This document shows positions 1 to 16,033 of a DNA stretch of 64,000 nt, one piece after another. The stretch comes from Macrostomum hystrix. Taxonomy: Eukaryota > Animalia > Platyhelminthes. The stretch is from NCBI GenBank assembly GCA_950097015.1, contig CATNEN010000014.1, positions 434,001 through 498,000 on the forward strand. Direction: 5' to 3'. Within the stretch, counting starts at the first letter, position 1. Each line of letters starts with the position of its first letter. The notes beneath the pieces are model-generated. The model had not been told where the DNA came from. It searched no databases and worked only from the letters and a program-made list of their open reading frames with translations. Both the position numbers and the translations under genes were made by a program.

Positions 1-33
1 CGGACTCGAATCTACAAGAGGGGGGCAGAAGCG

Positions 34-3000
34 TCAGACAGGTCGCTGAAACTCGCTGGCTGGCTTCATGGGCAGCAGCTCGCCAAAGTAGAAGTGTTGA
101 ATGATGGGGAACTTGGCCAGAATCTCGGCCTTGTACATCTTCACGAGGCCCGAGTTCACTTTGTCCCAGGAGTAGACACCGCTGATGCCGTGCAGGGTGC
201 TCGAGTGCTCCTCAAATGGGCCAGACTTCACCTGGAAATTGCAGTCAGGACCTGCGATGAGTTTCTTGCATTGGCTTGCTGGTAACATGCGACGGGTGCC
301 CTTGCCTAGCCTAGCAAGCTGGCACTAGTACCAGTTCACAGGTAGGTTCGTTACTAGTACCAGTTCACAGGTAGGTTGGTTACTAGTACCAGTTCACAGG
401 TAGGTTCGTTACTAGTACCAGTTCACAGGTAGGTTCGTTACTAGTACCAGTTCACAGGTAGGTTGGTTACTAGTACCAGTTCACAGGTAGGTTGGTTACT
501 AGTACCAGTTCACAGGTAGGTTGGTTACTAGTACCAGTTCACAGGTAGGTTGGTTACTAGTACCAGTTCACAGGTAGGTTCGTTACTAGTACCAGTTCAC
601 AGGTAGGTTGGTTACTAGTACCAGTTCACAGGTAGGTTGGTTACTAGTACCAGTTCACAGGTAGGTTCGTTACTAGTACCAGTTCACAGGTAGGTTCGTT
701 ACTAGTACCAGTTCACAGGTAGGTTCGTTACTAGTACCAGTTCACAGGTAGGTTGGTTACTAGTACCAGTTCACAGGTAGGTTGGTTACTAGTACCAGTT
801 CACAGGTAGGTTGGTTACTAGTACCAGTTCACAGGTAGGTTGGTTACTAGTACCAGTTCACAGGTAGGTTGGTTACTAGTACCAGTTCACAGGTTAGGCT
901 TGTACTAGTACCAGTTCACAGGTTAGGCTGGTTACTAGTACCAGTTCACAGGTTAGGCTTGTTACTAGTACCAGTTCACAGGTAGGCTGGCACTAGTACT
1001 AGTTCACAGGTAGGTTGGTTACTAGTACCAGTTCACAGGTTAGGCTTGTACTAGTACCAGTTCACAGGTTAGGCTTGTTACTAGTACCAGTTCACAGGTA
1101 GGTTCGTTACTAGTACCAGTTCACAGGTAGGTTGGTTACTAGTACCAGTTCACAGGTAGGTTGGTTACTAGTACCAGTTCACAGGTAGGTTGGTTACTAG
1201 TACCAGTTCACAGGTTAGGCTTGTACTAGTACCAGTTCACAGGTTAGGCTGGTTACTAGTACCAGTTCACAGGTTAGGCTTGTTACTAGTACCAGTTCAC
1301 AGGTTAGGCTTGTTACTAGTACCAGTTCACAGGTAGGCTGGCACTAGTACTAGTTCACAGGTAGGTTGGTTACTAGTACCAGTTCACAGGTTAGGCTTTT
1401 ACTAGTACCAGTTCACAGGTTAGGCTTGTTACTAGTACCAGTTCACAGGTTAGGCTTGTTACTAGTACCAGTTCACAGGTTAGGCTGGTTACTAGTACCA
1501 GTTCACAGGTAGGCTGGCACTAGTACTAGTTCACAGGTAGGCTGGCACTAGTACTAGTTCACAGGTAGGTTGGTTAATAGTACCAGTTCACAGGTTAGGC
1601 TTGTACTAGTACCAGTTCACAGGTTAGGCTTGTTACTAGTACGAGTTCACAGGTTAGGCTTGTTACTAGTACCAGTTCACAGGTTAGGCTGGTTACTAGT
1701 ACCAGTTCACAGGTTAGGCTGGTTACTAGTACCAGTTCACAGGTTAGGCTGGTTACTAGTACCAGTTCACAGGTTAGGCTGGTTACTAGTACCAGTTCAC
1801 AGGTTAGGCTTGTTACTAGTACCAGTTCACAGGTTAGGCTGGTTACTAGTACCAGTTCACAGGTTAGGCTGGTTACTAGTACCGGTTCACAGGTTAGGCT
1901 GGTTACTAGTACCAGTTCACAGGTTAGGCTGGTTACTAGTACCAGTTCACAGGTAGGTTGGTTACTAGTACCAGTTCACAGGTTAGGCTGGTTACTAGTA
2001 CCAGTTCACAGGTTAGGCTGGTTACTAGTACCGGTTCACAGGTTAGGCTGGTTACTAGTACCAGTTCACAGGTTAGGCTTGTTACTAGTACCAGTTCACA
2101 GGTTAGGCTGGTTACTAGTACCAGTTCACAGGTTAGGCTGGTTACTAGTACCAGTTCACAGGTAGGTTGGTTACTAGTACCAGTTCACAGGTTAGGCTGG
2201 TTACTAGTACCAGTTCACAGGTTAGGCTGGTTACTAGTACCGGTTCACAGATTAGGCTTGTTACTAGTACCAGTTCACAGGTTAGGCTGGTTACTAGTAC
2301 CAGTTCACAGGTAGGCTGGTTACTAGTACCAGTTCACAGGTTAGGCTGGTTACTAGTACCAGTTCACAGGTTAGGCTGGTTACTAGTACCAGTTCACAGG
2401 TAGGTTGGTTACTAGTACCGGTTCACAGGTTAGGCTGGTTACTAGTACCAGTTCACAGGTAGGCTGGTTACTAGTACCAGTTCACAAACTAGCAAACTAG
2501 CGAGCGCAACACAAATAGTCGCTGGTCTCAAAGTTAGCTGAAGACTCAGAGCAGCATTCTCACCTGGAAGATGTAATAAAGGCAGCTAAAGAAGAGATTT
2601 TCCTTGGCCAGCTGTTCCGCCTTGCTCCTGATAGGAATGTCAGACGGTTGCACCTTCGGGTTACCGATGAGCTGCGCACTGCCCCAGATAAATGGCACGA
2701 ACTGAAAGTCGTCCAGGCACCACACACCGTGGCTGCCAGCCGGCTCCATGCGGTAAGTCACCTGGTGGAATGCAGGTAAAACTTAAAACATTAGTTTACG
2801 CAATTCTTCCAATTCGCACATGCGTCCATACGTCCATACGTCCATACGTCCACTCGTATCGCCGTACTATATAGTAATAGTCAGAAAACATGGTACAATA
2901 CACACTGAACATGACACACAGTACAAGACACACAGTACAAGACACACACAGAACAAGACAAACACAGTACAATACACACAGTACAAGACACACAGTACAA

Positions 3001-3975
3001 GACACACAGTACAAGACACACCCAGTACAAGACACACACAGTACAAGACACACAGTAAAAGACACACAGTACAAGACACACACAGTATAGGACACACAGT
3101 AAAAGACACACAGTACAAGACACACAGTACAAGACACACAGTACAAGACACACCCAGTACAAGACACACAGTACAAGACACACACAGTACAGGACACACA
3201 CAGAACAAGACACACACAGTACAAGACACACACAGAACAAAACACACAGTACAAGACACACCCAGTACAAGACACACAGTACAAGACACACACAGTACAG
3301 GACACACAGTAAAAGACACACGGTACAAGACACACACAGAACAAGACACACACAGTACAAGACACACACAGTACAAGACACACACAAAGTACTTGTCTAA
3401 GCACTCAGACCACGATACTAAGATCAGCGAGGTCGCACCTGAAGTCGCCGCACCAGTGCCAGGTAGCGGGCGAACACGGACAGGCCGGCGGCAGCGCAGT
3501 CAGCTGTGACGAGGAAGCCGGCCTTGAACAGGCAGCACAGGAAGGCCACGAAGGCCAGCTCGTGCCCCGTGCCGTAGTCGATGCGGGTGGCGTTGCCGAA
3601 CGACTCGATGAAATAGCCGACGAGCTCTGCGCGCCGCTGCTCCGGCCGGTCATGGCCGAGTCCGTCAGCAAGGCAGTCAGTCAGCAGGGCTGGCGCCTCG
3701 GCTTCGAGCCTCTGAAACCAGGTCTTGAAGGCGCGGTTGCCAAAGCGGGCAGGCTGCTCCACCGGCGGGATCTCGTCGATCCAGATGTTCAGCTTGTCCA
3801 GCAGGGAGTTAAGGCGGGCGCACCGCTCGGACACCGAGTAGCTGTCCGGCCCCGGCTCCAGTGGCTTGCCGCGCACCGAGCTGCTCACGGCGGCGATAAA
3901 GCCCAGAATCTCCTGGTAGGCCAGCGACCGCTCCCAGTCGCGCATATTGGCCGGCGAGCGGACCAGTTTTTCCAT
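34..3975 (-). CDS. PTPA: Serine/threonine-protein phosphatase 2A activator, 310 aa; exons 3439-3975, 2564-2761, 34-231
   Basis: Family motifs [36 protein letters not shown] and GPFEEHS...[11 protein letters not shown]. Two phase-0 GT-AG introns join the three ORF pieces into 933 nt. Confidence 0.95.
322..2487. repeat. 29-30 bp minisatellite (TACTAGTACCAGTTCACAGGTAGGTTGGT and variants), roughly 70 copies, filling PTPA intron 2
   Basis: Directly visible tandem array; source of the spurious ORFs at 1570-2403. Confidence 0.97.
2890..3385. repeat. CA-rich degenerate repeat (CACACAGTACAAGA-type) in PTPA intron 1
   Basis: Visible low-complexity array; source of the Cys/Val-rich spurious ORFs. Confidence 0.93.
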
Positions 3976-4452
3976 GTGCGACTGCTGCGGGTGGCGAAGG
4001 CGTCTCGGGCGTCAATTTACTGGCCAAAAGGCTCGCAAACTCCTGCTCACTACTAGCTCACTAGCTCACTAGAGAAACAGCAGCTACGACTGTCGAACCA
4101 GACTAGCTGCTCACTAGGTTAGGCCTAGCGATTTCACGCAACCGTAATAATGAATAACAGCATTAGCAGCTGAGAAACAGCAGCTACGACTGTCGAACCT
4201 GACTAAGCTGGTGTTCTACTTGTAATATTGCATAGCCTGTCTGAATTAAAATCTATTATGGAAATGATCACAGAAAGCGGAAAATATTTTAAGCGGAGCA
4301 CGGAAGAAACGCGTGTATTATTATAACCATTTGTGCGAAGCGCTCGGGTTGCCTAAGGCAGAGGCAGACTTTTATGATGAACTGTGAAAGAGATTTGCAA
4401 ATGAGTGTTCAGCAATTGTCAAACAATAAGCCTAGTCAATCATCACTGCCTG

Positions 4453-4547
4453 TCACCAGGCACTGAAGTCGTTCAGCTGACTCGCATCCTTTACGGAGCG
4501 GACCTTCTTGGGCGGCCCAAGCTCCTGCCGGGCCAGTTGAGCGGGTC

Positions 4548-4581
<34 letters not shown>

Positions 4582-7500
4582 AATCTGGCGCAGGTTGAGA
4601 AACTGGCCGACCCCGGTGCCGAAGGCTTTCTTTGGCTGCGAAGTCACCGCGGGAGTCGCCGACGTTGAAGCGGCCGAGGGCACGGCGGAGGCTGCGGCCA
4701 GGGCGGCCCGCTCAGCAGCCAGTGCGGAGTCCACCTGCTCGAAGGGGTCCACGAACACCTGGAAGGGCAAGACAAAAATATTTTCTAAATACAAAGTACA
4801 AAATACAAAATTCTTTAATTTTCTAAATTAAAGAATGCATGCCGATATTTTGGTTGTTCTACACTCACCTGAGCAGCCAGGATTCGCACCTCCTCAATTG
4901 GCCGGTCATTTTTGTCCACCTCCACGGCCTCGATGCGGTCAAGCGTTTCCGAGCCACCAACCAGCCGGCCGAACACCGAGTGCCGCCTGTCCAGGTGCCG
5001 ACACGATCGGTAGGTAATGAAGAACTGGCTGCGGTTCGTGTTCGGGCCTGAGTTCGCCATGCTAAGCACGCCGCGGCCGTCGTGGTTCAGGAATGGCCGC
5101 AGCTCGTCGCGAATGGCGCCGCCCCAGGCGCTCTCGCCGCCAGTTCCCGTGCCAGTGGGGTCGCCGCCCTGCAGTACAAAGTGCCGCACGGACCTGGAAG
5201 AGCGACAGGCGCGGTGGACGTGAACCACTTGGGATCTGTGAGCTCAGTTGGTCAGAGGAGTTAATAGCTTGGGATCTGTGAGCTCAGTTGGTCAGAGGAG
5301 TTAATAGCTTGGGATCTGTGAGCTCAGTTGGTCAGAGGAGTTAATAGCTTGGGATCTGTGAGCTCAGTTGGTCAGAGGAGTTAATAGCTTGGGATCTGTG
5401 AGCTCAGTTGGTCAGAGGAGTTAATAGCTTGGGATCTGTGAGCTCAGTTGGTCAGAGGAGTTAATAGCTTGGGATCTGTGAGCTCAGCTGGTCAGAGGAG
5501 TTAATAGCTTGGGATCTGTGAGCTCAGCTGATCAGTGGAGTGAATGACCTGGAATCTGTGATCTCAGCTGGTCAGTGGAGTGAATGACCTGGAATCTGTG
5601 ATCTCAGCTGGTCAGAGGAGTGAATGACCTGGAATCTGTGATCTCAGCTGGTCAGTGGAGTGAATGACCTGGAATCTGTGAGCTCAGCTGGTCAGTGGAG
5701 TGAATGACCTGGAATCTGTGATCTCAGCTGGTCAGTGGAGTGAATGACCTGGAATCTGTGATCTCAGCTGGTCAGTGGAGTGAATGACCTGGAATCTGTG
5801 ATCTCAGTTGGTCAGCGGAGTGAATGACCTGGGATCTGTGAGCTCAGCTGTTTCGTTCAGTGAAGACTTGGGATCTGTGAGCTCAGCTGGTCAGTGGAGT
5901 GAATGACCTGGGATCTGTGAGCTCAGCTGTTTCGTTCAGTGAAGACTTGGGATCTGTGAGCTCAGCTGGTCAGAGGAGTGAATGACCTGGAATCTGTGAT
6001 CTCAGCTGGTCAGTGGAGTGAATGACCTGGAATCTGTGATCTCAGCTGGTCAGTGGAGTGAATGACCTGGAATCTGTGATCTCAGCTGGTCAGTGGAGTG
6101 AATAACCTGGAATCCGTGATCTCAGCTGGTCAGTGGAGTGAATGACCTGGAATCTGTGATCTCAGCTGGTCAGTGGAGTGAATGACCTGGAATCTGTGAT
6201 CTCAGCTGGTCAGTGGAGTGAATGACCTGGAATCTGTGAGCTCAGCTGGTCAGAGGAGTGAATGACCTGGAATCTGTGAGCTCAGCTGGTCAGTGGAGTG
6301 AATGACCTGGAATCTGTGATCTCAGCTGGTCAGTGGAGTGAATGACCTGGAATCTGTGAGCTCAGCTGGTCAGAGGAGTGAATGACCTGGAATCTGTGAG
6401 CTCAGCTGGTCAGAGGAGTTAATGACCTGGAATCTGTGATCTCAGCTGGTCAGTGGAGTGAATGACCTGGAATCTGTGATCTCAGCTGGTCAGTGGAGTG
6501 AATGACCTGGAATCTGTGAGCTCAGCTGGTCAGAGGAGTGAATGACCTGGAATCTGTGAGCTCAGCTGGTCAGAGGAGTTAATAGCTTGGGATCTGTGAG
6601 CTCAGCTGGTCAGTGGAGTGAAGACTTGGGATCTGTGAGCTCAGTTGGTCAGCGGAGTGAATGACCTGGGATCTGTGAGCTCAGCTGGTCAGTGGAGTGA
6701 AGACTTGGGATCTGTGAGCTCAGTTGGTCAGCGGAGTGAATGACCTGGAATCTGTGATCTCAGTTGGTCAGCGGAGTGAATGACCTGGGATCTGTGAGCT
6801 CAGCTGTTTCGTTCAGTGAAGACTTGGGATCTGTGAGCTCAGTTGGTCAGCGGAGTGAATGACCTGCGATCTGTGAGCTCAGCTGTTTCGTTCAGTGAAG
6901 ACTTGGGATCTGTGAGCTCAGCTGTTTCGTTCAGTGAAGACTTGGGATCTGTGAGCTCAGCTGTTCCGTTCAGTGAAGACTTGGGATCTGTGAGCTCAGC
7001 TGTTTCGTTCAGTGAAGACTTGGGATCTGTGAGCTCAGCTGTTCCGTTCAGTGAAGACTTGGGATCTGTGAGCTCAGCTGTTCCGTTCAGTGAAGACTTG
7101 GGATCTGTGAGCTCAGCTGTTTCGTTTAGTGAAGACTTGGGATCTGTGAGCTCAGCTGTTCCGTTCAGTGAAGACTTGGGATCTGTGAGCTCAGCTGTTC
7201 CGTTCAGTGAAGACTTGGGATCTGTGAGCTCAGCTGTTCAGCTGTTTTTTATTTTACCTGTGAAACACGGTGCCATTGTAGTAGCCCTTGCGGCAGAGCA
7301 GGATGAAGTTCTCGCAAGTTTTGGGGCAGTGCTCGCAGTCCAGCTCCAGATTTAGCTGACCAAAGTTGGTCTCGAGGCGCACGTAGCCTTTGGCCTTGAT
7401 CCGTGGGTATCGCACCTCGTCGTCATCCAGTCGGGCGGCTTCCAGGTGGGTGACGCGGTCCATTGTTGTGGACGTGAAGCTGGCGGCAGCAGCGCCAGTC

Positions 7501-10500
7501 GAGTAGTGGGCTGCATTGATCTTATCATCTGCCTGACAAAGGGTGGTACGGGAGTCTGTGTGCCCCAGTTCGATGGCACTCACATACAGCTCCATCCCTG
7601 AACCTTCAACAGCTGCACCCCTGACCCTTCAGCAGCTGCACCACTGACAAGCAGCTCCTCCCCTTGCCCTTCAGTAGCTACACCATCATCCTTCAGCAGC
7701 TACACCATCATCCTTCAGTAGCTACACCATCATCCTTCAGCAGCGACACCATCATCCTTCAGCAGCTACACCATCATCCTTCAGTAGCTACACCATCATC
7801 CTTCAATAGCTACACCATCATCCTTCAGTAGCTACACCATCATCCTTCAATAGCTACACCATCATCCTTCAGTAGATACATCATCATCCTTCAGTAGCTA
7901 CACCATCATCCTTCAGCAGCTACACCATCATCCTTCAGTAGCTACACCATCATCCTTCAGCAGCGACACCATCATCCTTCAGCAGCTACACCATCATCCT
8001 TCAGTAGCTACACCATCATCCTTCAATAGCTACACCATCATCCTTCAATAGCTACACCATCATCCTTCAGTAGATACACCATCATCCTTCAGCAGCTACA
8101 CCATCATCCTTCAGTAGATACACCATCATCCTTCAGTAGATACACCATCATCCTTCAGTAGATACACCATCATCCTTCAGCAGCTACACTCACAGTGGGA
8201 GCCTTACCTTCCTACGCAGCCCGGTACCATCCGCCATCTCGGGGCCACGCAGGGCCTCCCGGTTGGCCTTGGAGTTGGCAGCTGCGTCAGCGCGAATCTT
8301 GGCCACGGCGGCCAGGGCCTCGCGGGCCTCCTGGGAAGCGACTCGCGCCGACTGAGCGCCGCCGCCATCGTCCAGCCGGATGCCATTGCGCACGTGGTAA
8401 AAGTTGGTGATGTCGCGCTTGTCGAAGTTCATGGGGTCCTGGATAGTGATGATGTCAGACCTTGCGAACTTCGTCCCATCCAGCAGGTCCTGCCAGTTGC
8501 TGGGCTTCACGTTCAGCTGGTCGACAGCGTCCTGTGGATGCGATGAACAGAAATCCCCACCAACATTTAGGGCCTGGCCCGCAAGGCTGTTAAGGGTGTT
8601 CTAGCCTGGCCAGCTAGGGGTGTTCTAGCCAGCTAGGGGTGTTCTAGCCAGCTAGGGGTGTTCTAGCCAGCTAGGGGTGTTCTAGCCAGCTAGGGGTGTT
8701 CTAGCCAGCTAGGGGTGTTCTAGCCTGGCCAGCTAGGGGTGTTCTAGCCTGGCCAGCTAGGGGTGTTCTAGCCTGGCCAGCTAGGGGTGTTCTAGCCTGG
8801 CCAGCTAGGGGTGTTCTAGCCTGGCCAGCTAGGGGTGTTCTAGCCAGGCCAGCTAGGGGTGTTCTAGCCAGGCCAGCTAGGGGTGTTCTAGCCAGGCCAG
8901 CTAGGGGTGTTCTAGCCAGGCCAGCTAGGGGTGTTCTAGCCAGGCCAGCTAGGGGTGTTCTAGCCAGGCCAGCTAGGGGTGTTCTAGCCAGGCCAGCTAG
9001 GGGTGTTCTAGCCTGGCCAGCTAGGGGTGTTCTAGCCAGCTAGGGGTGTTCTAGCCAGCTAGGGGTGTTCTAGCCAGCTAGGGGTGTTCTAGCCAGCTAG
9101 GGGTGTTCTAGCCAGCTAGGGGTGTTCTAGCCAGCTAGGGGTGTTCTAGCCAGCTAGGGGTGTTCTAGCCAGCTAGGGGTGTTCTAGCCAGCTAGGGGTG
9201 TTCTAGCCAGCTAGGGGTGTTCTAGCCAGCTAGGGGTGTTCTAGCCAGCTAGGGGTGTTCTAGCCAGCTAGGGGTGTTCTAGCCAGCTAGGGGTGTTCTA
9301 GCCAGCTAGGGGTGTTCTAGCCAGCTAGGGGTGTTCTAGCCAGCTAGGGGTGTTCTAGCCAGCTAGGGGTGTTCTAGCCAGCTAGGGGTGTTCTAGCCAG
9401 CTAGGGGTGTTCTAGCCAGCTAGGGGTGTTCTAGCCAGCTAGGGGTGTTCTAGCCAGCTAGGGGTGTTCTAGCCAGCTAGGGGTGTTCTAGCCAGCTAGG
9501 GGTGTTCTAGCCAGCTAGGGGTGTTCTAGCCAGCTAGGGGTGTTCTAGCCAGCTAGGGGTGTTCTAGCCAGCTAGGGGTGTTTTAGCCAGCTAGGGGTGT
9601 TCTAGCCAGCTAGGGGTGTTCTAGCCAGCTAGGGGTGTTCTAGCCAGCTAGGGGTGTTCTAGCCAGCTAGGGGTGTTCTAGCCAGCTAGGGGTGTTCTAG
9701 CCAGCTAGGGGTGTTCTAGCCAGCTAGGGGTGTTCTAGCCAGCTAGGGGTGTTCTAGCCAGCTAGGGGTGTTCTAGCCAGCTAGGGGTGTTCTAGCCAGC
9801 TAGGGGTGTTCTAGCCAGCTAGGGGTGTTCTAGCCAGCTAGGGGTGTTCTAGCCAGCTAGGGGTGTTCTAGCCAGCTAGGGGTGTTCTAGCCAGCTAGGG
9901 GTGTTCTAGCCAGCTAGGGGTGTTCTAGCCAGCTAGGGGTGTTCTAGCCAGCTAGGGGTGTTCTAGCCAGCTAGGGGTGTTCTAGCCTGGCCAGCTAGGG
10001 GTGTTCTAGCCTGGCCAGCTAGGGGTGTTCTAGCCAGGCCAGCTAGGGGTGTTCTAGCCTGGCCAGCTAGGGGTGTTCTAGCCTGGCCAGTTAGGGTGCT
10101 CTAGCCTGGCCAGTTCTAGGCTGGAGAGTTTAGGTGTTTTAAGCTGGACTAGTTTTTAGCGATATCGGCTCGTTGGAGCAGTAGGGGTGATTACTCGCCT
10201 TTAAGTAGACGTTGCCAGACGTTGCTATGGCAACAATGTGGCTGCTGTGGGTGAACACCTTGTAGGTCACGGGGCAGAAGTAGCGGCCGTCGGCATTCTT
10301 GTGGAAGTGCAGCTCGATCAGGTCGCGCCGGGCCATCTTCTCGCCGGTGACTGGGCTGACGCCGTACTTCTTGAGGAAGTCCTGGATGTTCTTCAACTCG
10401 AACACCACGCCGTCGCGGGTGCACAGTGGCGTGGCGAACGGCTGCAGGCTCAGCGCACAGTAGTCGAAGGGCAGCCGCTGCAGCACCGTCTGGGCCGGCC

Positions 10501-10582
10501 GACCGGTCTTTCCGCCGAAGTCCTCCGCCCACTCGGTGGGCCGGATGTGCAAAGTGTCCTTCGAGTGCTGCTTCTTGCCCAT
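4453..10582 (-). CDS. PPIL2: RING/U-box-type E3 ligase cyclophilin PPIL2 (Cyp60), 537 aa; exons 10199-10582, 8208-8531, 7258-7532, 4869-5193, 4453-4758
   Basis: N-terminus MGKKQHSKD and RLPFDYCALSLQPF; cyclophilin domain (VRLETNFGQLNLEL, FHR-SVRHFVLQGGDPTGTGTGGES, SMANSGPNTNRSQFFITY); VFVDPFEQ. Exon phases are consistent (1614 nt). Intron 1 has a GC donor. Confidence 0.93.
5228..7240. repeat. 39-40 bp minisatellite (GGGATCTGTGAGCTCAG core) with three positional sub-variants, in PPIL2 intron 3
   Basis: Visible tandem array. Confidence 0.96.
7600..8190. repeat. 22-bp minisatellite (CAGTAGCTACACCATCATCCTT) in PPIL2 intron 2
   Basis: Visible tandem array. Confidence 0.95.
8595..10115. repeat. 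19/24-bp minisatellite (GCCAGCTAGGGGTGTTCTA) in PPIL2 intron 1
   Basis: Visible tandem array: 19-bp core flanked by 24-bp variants. Confidence 0.97.
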
Positions 10583-10719
10583 GGCTGCGGGATCGGCAGT
10601 GCGATTTTAAGTGGTACTTATGAAAATGCAGTACATTCGGCCTTGCTGTTCATTTCTGTCCTTTAAAATACTTGCTTTTGGCTAAAGTATGGGCAGCGAG
10701 AAATCTCACGGACCATATG

Positions 10720-11560
10720 AGCTGGGGATTTGGCTCGGCTGCCACAGTATCTGGGATTGAGCTGGGGATCTGGCTCCGCTGCAACAGCATCTGGGATTGA
10801 GCTGGGGATCTGGCTCCGCTGCCACAGTATCTGGGATTGAGCTGGAGATCTGGGTCCGCTGCCACAGTATCTGGGATTGAGCTGGGGATCTGGCTCCGCT
10901 GCCACAGCATCTGGGATTGAGCTGGGGAGCAGAGCCAAAGCTGGGGAGCAGAGCTGGGGAGCAAAGGAGCAGAGCTGGGGAGCACAGCTCAATCTGGGAT
11001 TGAGCTGGGGATCTGGCTCCGCTGCAACAGCATCTGGGGTTGAGCTGGGGATCTGGCTCCGCTGCAACAGCATCTGGGGTTGAGCTGGGGATCTGGCTCC
11101 GCTGCAACAGCATCTGGGATTGAGCTGGGGATCTGGCTCCGCTGCCACAGCATCTGGGATTGAGCTGGGATCTGGCTCCGCTGCCACAGTATCTGGGATT
11201 GAGCTGGGGATCTGGCTCCGCTGCCACAGCATCTGGGATTGAGCTGGGGATCTGGCTCCGCTGCCACAGCATCTGGGATTGAGCTGGGGATCTGGCTCCG
11301 CTGCAACAGCATCTGGGGTTGAGCTGGGAATTTGGCTCCGCTGCCACAGCATCTGGGATTGAGCTGGGGATCTGGCTCCGCTGCAACAGCATCTGGGATT
11401 GAGCTGGGGATCTGGCTCCGCTGCAACAGCATCTGGGATTGAGCTGGGGATCTGGCTCCGCTGCCACAGCATCTGGGATTGAGCTGGGGATCTGGCTCCG
11501 CTGCAACAGCATCTGGGGTTGAGCTGGGAATTTGGCTCTGCTGCCACAGCATCTGGGATT
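10720..11560. repeat. 40-bp minisatellite (GAGCTGGGGATCTGGCTCCGCTGCCACAGCATCTGGGATT) upstream of PPIL2
   Basis: Visible tandem array; source of the spurious ORFs at 10650-11552. Confidence 0.96.
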
Positions 11561-12154
11561 CTGGGATCTAAACCATTCGCTTGAGAATTTCCGGCTAATC
11601 TACCTGAACGAGTTTTTAATCGAAAGGAAATGAAGAACGGCTACAAGTTTGCGCATAAAAGACGCCTAAGTTGTCAATAACGAGTAATCATTAGTAACCA
11701 AGTTAATATTTAAACCTCAAGACAAATCGGAAAATTGGAAAATATTCTAAGTTTGAAAAATCACCTCAAATTAGTTTAGCGACAGTAAAACAAAGGTTAT
11801 AGTAGGAGACTCATTGCTTAGGCTTAGAAGTTGACATTAAATATTGCATCAGATAAAACATGGCCGCGGTCGAGGCTTAAAATTAAGAAGCATTTTATTA
11901 TTCGCCATAGGTCGCACAACAGGTGATTAGCGCTTTAAACGATAAGACAGTGCGGCAAAGTTAACATGGACATTAACATAACATTAACAACTGCCACCTG
12001 CGTTTACCAGTGGCAGCTGAAAGGGCGACCTACGAGTACATAGACATAATTTACCTTCATACTAACTCTGGGTCAAAAGACGCACAAGAAACCACCGATA
12101 CAACTAATCACAGTCCTACACTCAAGCTCCCAACTAGAATGCAAATTTTTACTT

Positions 12155-15050
<2,896 letters not shown>

Positions 15051-16033
15051 GCCACAGAAAATATTTATGAGACTTTTGTAACAGTCATCCGCGCTCAAAG
15101 TCACGGAATTAAGAGCATAGTCAAGCGCATGTGATTGTATTCCATTTAAACGCTAACAACGAGCTAAACAATCGCTAATAGTTAGAGCTAATGATAAATC
15201 ATGGTTGTACATCCATTTGATTGCAAGGATCCTCCAGTTGAATCGGCTATTCCTAGAAGAGAAGAAAAACTAACACAAAAAGCATAAGAAACTAGAAAGA
15301 CAAGCACAACAAAACAAAGCAGTAGGGATAAATAGAAGAGCTAAACGAAAAGTTTTACCAGATATCTGACCAAACAAACTTTGAAGTTACATGCACACGG
15401 AGTTGAATGCGGAAAACGCGCAGTGTAAGAGAGCAAAGCGAGGATATTGCAGTAGTGAGTTGGGATGATAAGTGTTTACAGCTGTACTTGGAGTCAGCAG
15501 AAGAGATGAGAGAAACAAGGGGCCTGATTAAAAATCTGGTAAACAGAAGCTGCTCAAAGGATTAAAGTTTCAGCATCGAAAAATTCTTTAGAGACCTGAA
15601 TCTTAAAAATGTGAAAATCTGTATGAAAACCTGGTAGAAAGCCGAAATTGAGCTAACATTTTAATAAGCTAATTCTATAAGCCAAACCATTATGCGCGAC
15701 AAGACAGGTAAAACTTTTATAATGCTAACAGATGGGCACAAGAACTGGAACGGTTTATGGTTATTTGACACTGCTACGAACGGCTCACAAATTTTTGTTT
15801 GCCAATCCAGCTGTAAGGTCAGGCCAGCCGACAGAACAATCTTAGCTTGACGAACTGAACTTACCTTATCGCCACAGTAGAGTCTCGTACATAAAAACTA
15901 AATGTAGTCATTGAGGTGATAACCGCCTATTAAGGATCACCCAGCGCGGTTAGTAGTGAGTGAATAAAAACAGTAAGTATTCATTGATCAAATAGCATAG
16001 GAAAAAAATCAGAAATAAAATCAGCTGATAAAA

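Noticed and set aside
1570-3509. Long repetitive ORFs ([21 protein letters not shown] types)
   Set aside because: Translations of intronic minisatellites within PTPA.
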